Positions 61,413-64,000 of a stretch of 64,000 nucleotides of DNA are shown here, piece after piece. Both the position numbers and the translations under genes were made by a program. Each line of letters opens with the position of its first letter. Positions within the stretch are counted from its first letter, which is position 1. The DNA is from a virus. Its lineage: Duplodnaviria; Caudoviricetes. Where the stretch lies: the IMG/VR virus record IMGVR_UViG_3300026549_000041, positions 79,101 to 143,100 of that record; one strand, given 5' to 3'. The notes below the pieces were generated by a model, which had not been told where the DNA came from, did not search any database, and worked only from the letters and a program-made list of their open reading frames with translations.

Positions 61413-61979
61413 TCAATCACCTTTATCTTTCTTTAACACCTCGACCAATCCTTTCCAATCAACTTCCTTACTAATCTTTTCAACTCCATTAAGAAACTTA
61501 TCAATCACACCATGAATCATAGGAGCGTATTTAAGAACTTGATTAGAAATAAAAGCATGAGGTTCATAGTAATTAGTCATCATATCATCAGTCTTCATTT
61601 TTAAAACACTATCTAAAGTAGTGATTAGATTATCAGGCATTAACTGACATACCGCCTCAATTAATCCTGCTTTAGAAAGAAGATTAAATTCTTCCATCCA
61701 TTTATCAGAATGAACAGTGATATTAGTATATTGATTAAAAATAGTATAAATATACATTATATATTTTTTGCATGTATTAACTTTAATATTACCATTTTTA
61801 TCATAGCAACTATTAGCAAGAATCTGGTCACATAATACTTCGACCACTTCAAAATTAATATAATCAACAAACTTAACAGCGGTTTTTAAATAAGATTCCT
61901 TTGCTGTAGTTGTACTAAATTTATTGTATTTATTTACGAAATCTTTAACATCAATTTCAATAGTATTCTTAATTTCCAT
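61413..61979 (-). CDS. hypothetical protein (possible tail assembly chaperone by position)
   Basis: AAGGAG RBS; lies between the tail gene and the TMP. Confidence 0.55.
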   Translation of the reverse strand: MEIKNTIEIDVKDFVNKYNKFSTTTAKESYLKTAVKFVDYINFEVVEVLCDQILANSCYDKNGNIKVNTCKKYIMYIYTIFNQYTNITVHSDKWMEEFNLLSKAGLIEAVCQLMPDNLITTLDSVLKMKTDDMMTNYYEPHAFISNQVLKYAPMIHGVIDKFLNGVEKISKEVDWKGLVEVLKKDKGD

Positions 61980-62017
61980 ATCAATTCTCCTTTTCAATCA
62001 AAAATAGAAGAGTAGTT

Positions 62018-62557
62018 TTACTCTTCTTCAGACCATTCATTTATATATGCTTGCCCGATATTTATAGCATCAGCTTCATTATCATCTACATCTTTATTAT
62101 ATATATCTTTTATTAATTTAATGGAAGCCGCTTTGCAATCATCTCTTTTACGAGCATTAATTCCCACCAAATTTCTCCATTCAGATGGAGTATATTCTAC
62201 ATAAAAAATAATAAATTCCCCAGTTGGAAGATTCATTGGAGTATCCATATTAAGTTGTACACAATATGCCCATATACCACCTATCAATTTGACCAAAGTA
62301 TTAATCGTAGACATATTTTGTCTTTTACCCGAACCTACAATATCTTTTTCTATAACAAGAATATCTGGCTCATATTTTTGTATATGTTGAATTATATCTA
62401 TATACATTATTTGTAATCTATCTTCTGTATTATCTTTTATATGAGACCAATCTAATACGCCCGATTCTTTATATATACCATTTTTAAATACAGCCCACCC
62501 TGTTTTAGTGGAACTTGTATCTAAAGATAGGAGAGTAACTTCTTTATTCTCATTCAT
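62018..62557 (-). CDS. RuvC-like Holliday junction resolvase
   Basis: LSLDTSSTKTGWAVF, LVIE, PSEWR, DDNEADAINIG. Confidence 0.82.
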   Translation of the reverse strand: MNENKEVTLLSLDTSSTKTGWAVFKNGIYKESGVLDWSHIKDNTEDRLQIMYIDIIQHIQKYEPDILVIEKDIVGSGKRQNMSTINTLVKLIGGIWAYCVQLNMDTPMNLPTGEFIIFYVEYTPSEWRNLVGINARKRDDCKAASIKLIKDIYNKDVDDNEADAINIGQAYINEWSEEE

Positions 62558-62799
62558 ACTGTATTCTCCTCTAAAGCGTAATTAAGCCATAGTTTATATG
62601 CTTTTTGTGTTTCTTCTTTTAGAAATACCATAACAAGTACTGATTCTCCTTTTTTATCAATACTGGTATATATATCAATAGGATATATTTTATTACTTAT
62701 ATATAATTTGGCTTGTTTCATGTTAATCAACCTAACTACCTCACTTGAAACATAAGGTCTAGGTTTTAAATTTGATTGAACAAAATCTATGTCTTTCAT
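62554..62799 (-). CDS. hypothetical protein
   Basis: AAGGAGG RBS; Q.KLYI...YPID motif. Confidence 0.6.
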   Translation of the reverse strand: MKDIDFVQSNLKPRPYVSSEVVRLINMKQAKLYISNKIYPIDIYTSIDKKGESVLVMVFLKEETQKAYKLWLNYALEENTV

Positions 62800-62821
62800 C
62801 CTTTTCCTCCTTACAAAATAC

Positions 62822-62890
62822 AAAAAAAGGGCATAACCCACGAACAGTGAGTTACACCCTATTGTTTTTGCTTTAAATAAATCACTGTTC
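62822..62890 (-). promoter_or_regulatory. terminator with overlapping alternative pairing (attenuator-like RNA)
   Basis: AGGGTGTAACTCAC-TGTTC-GTGGGTTATGCCCT + T-run; upstream GAACAGTGA is complementary to TCACTGTTC in the hairpin. Confidence 0.55.
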
Positions 62891-62902
62891 AATTAATACT
62901 AA

Positions 62903-63337
62903 TTACTTACCATGTTTATGAGCAACAGCTTTAGGATACACTTTCTTTGACTCTGCTTGAAGATTAGATTTAAATTGAGATACAGTTTCATTTGCCATAT
63001 CCTTAACTACATCTTGTTCAATTTCTTCATCTTTTTTTTCAATCACTTCTTCATTAATATCTTTAGAATCAATTTCTCCCATAATTTCTTTATAGGCTTT
63101 TCCATAACTTCCTTTATATTGCATATGTCTGGAAGTGTCTTTGCTCTCAATAGCTTGTTTAACTTCTTCTTTAGAAATTTTGTTATAAATAAAATCTGTC
63201 AGTAAAGATGTAATATCTTTACAATCTTCACTACAATAACTAAACATCCATACAGGCTTATCTTGAAAAGCGCTGCATGAATTACAGTACTCGTATACCT
63301 TGCCACATAAAATGCAGCTCCTATCATATCTCGCCAT
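62903..63337 (-). CDS. hypothetical protein with N-terminal Cys-rich Zn-binding domain
   Basis: CILCGK.YEYCNSC...YCSEDC; AAGGAG RBS. Confidence 0.65.
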   Translation of the reverse strand: MARYDRSCILCGKVYEYCNSCSAFQDKPVWMFSYCSEDCKDITSLLTDFIYNKISKEEVKQAIESKDTSRHMQYKGSYGKAYKEIMGEIDSKDINEEVIEKKDEEIEQDVVKDMANETVSQFKSNLQAESKKVYPKAVAHKHGK

Positions 63338-63378
63338 ATCTGTTTGTCTCCTTTTATATTTATTTTTTAAGAAAAAAT

Positions 63379-63402
63379 ATGGTGCGTTTTGAGGCGCACC
63401 AT
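63379..63402 (-). terminator. intrinsic terminator after putative major tail gene
   Basis: ATGGTGCG/CGCACCAT stem followed by ATTTTTT on the - strand. Confidence 0.7.
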
Positions 63403-63443
63403 ACCTGATATTATTAGTCAATTATATTTAACTAAAAATTAAA

Positions 63444-63509
63444 TTAATCTTCCTCTGCATCTTCTGTAGCATAGTAAACCTGATACAGAGTCTTATCAAC
63501 GGAACAGTA
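63444..63509 (-). CDS. putative major tail protein, last exon (YCSVDKTLYQVYYATEDAEED*)
   Basis: Continues LQVD| in frame after intron removal; missed by the ORF track. Confidence 0.7.
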   Translation of the reverse strand, partial: YCSVDKTLYQVYYATEDAEED

Positions 63510-63830
63510 CAATTATACCCTCGGTTTCCCGATATTTATTAGGGGTTTAGAGCACATCATCATCTTGTATTAATAAACAAGAGCAAGGCACTTCAGATAA
63601 AAGAATTTCACTTTTATCCTACGGACTTCATCATCTCATTAAGATGGTATGTCCTGCTCGTTTGACCTTCAAGAATATTACTATTCAAGCTTGGCACTGG
63701 ATTGCCATTTTAAAGGTTTCCCAGTTAGCATAATTTCTAATCGTCATTTCCTACGATTCCTAAACGTAAATTACACACCATATATTTATATGTTCACCTT
63801 GTTTAACGTGGACAACTTGTCCCGAATTTT
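63510..63830 (-). mobile_element. ORF-less group I intron (321 nt) in putative major tail gene
   Basis: GTGGAU| pairs with IGS GTCCAC; GCTAAC..AATCC.GTGCCAAGCTTG..GAAGGTCAAACG core resembles dnaE-I1; GAGCA/TGCTC P7; terminal G. Confidence 0.82.
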
Positions 63831-63932
63831 ATCCACCTGTAAATCACCTGTAAAATCAATAGAGGTGTCATCACCACCCAGCGCAATAGTAGTCTCAGGA
63901 CTAGGCTGGAAGGAAGGAAGCACAATATAAAC
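63831..63932 (-). CDS. putative major tail protein, internal exon (VYIVLPSFQPSPETTIALGGDDTSIDFTGDLQVD)
   Basis: 102-nt open exon bounded by G| and U| junctions. Tail-tube identity is inferred from position and a beta-rich C-terminus. Confidence 0.7.
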
Positions 63933-64000
63933 CATTCTGTTACTTTCCCTGTGCAAAGGGTACTGACCATTTCTGGCGAGTAGGAGTTTCCACCTACTTC
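63933..64000 (-). mobile_element. 3' end of another group I intron (partial, continues beyond window)
   Basis: GCCAGAAATG...GTCAGTA...AAAGTAACAGAATG| closely matches the 3' end of TMP-I2. Confidence 0.7.

Noticed and set aside
63649-63930. + strand ORF of 93 aa and other short antisense ORFs in the track (e.g. 1462..1755, 28754..29245, 35980..36282)
   Set aside because: They are shadows of real opposite-strand genes or introns, with no RBS or recognisable motifs.

Overview
AT-rich segment of a large tailed (siphovirus-like) phage, probably of an anaerobic Firmicute (Clostridia/Lachnospiraceae-like host, inferred). The left arm (1-27.2 kb, + strand) holds replication and nucleotide-metabolism genes: primase, RecB/Cas4-like nuclease, DnaE, RecD2, ThyX-like protein, Gmk, NrdH-NrdD-NrdG-FTR, vWA/PurA-like cluster, macrodomain, Pth2, dUTPase, HD hydrolase and many small ORFs. 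The right arm (27.4-64 kb, - strand) holds tail and lysis genes. The arms converge at a promoter-driven, 3'-truncated tRNA-Thr. The main feature hidden by the ORF track is group I intron invasion: 8 introns split 4 genes, with splice junctions I could reconstruct (only the 3' junction for the one cut by the window end). dnaE has 2 introns around a 25-nt micro-exon at the catalytic motif, dut has 1, a ~4,696-aa tape measure gene has 3, and the putative major tail gene has at least 2. They carry LAGLIDADG, GIY-YIG-like, HNH and PD-(D/E)XK ORFs or ORF remnants. A NUMOD4-HNH endonuclease also sits in frame inside a ThyX-like gene with no visible intron or intein. All calls come from manual motif reading; no searches were run.
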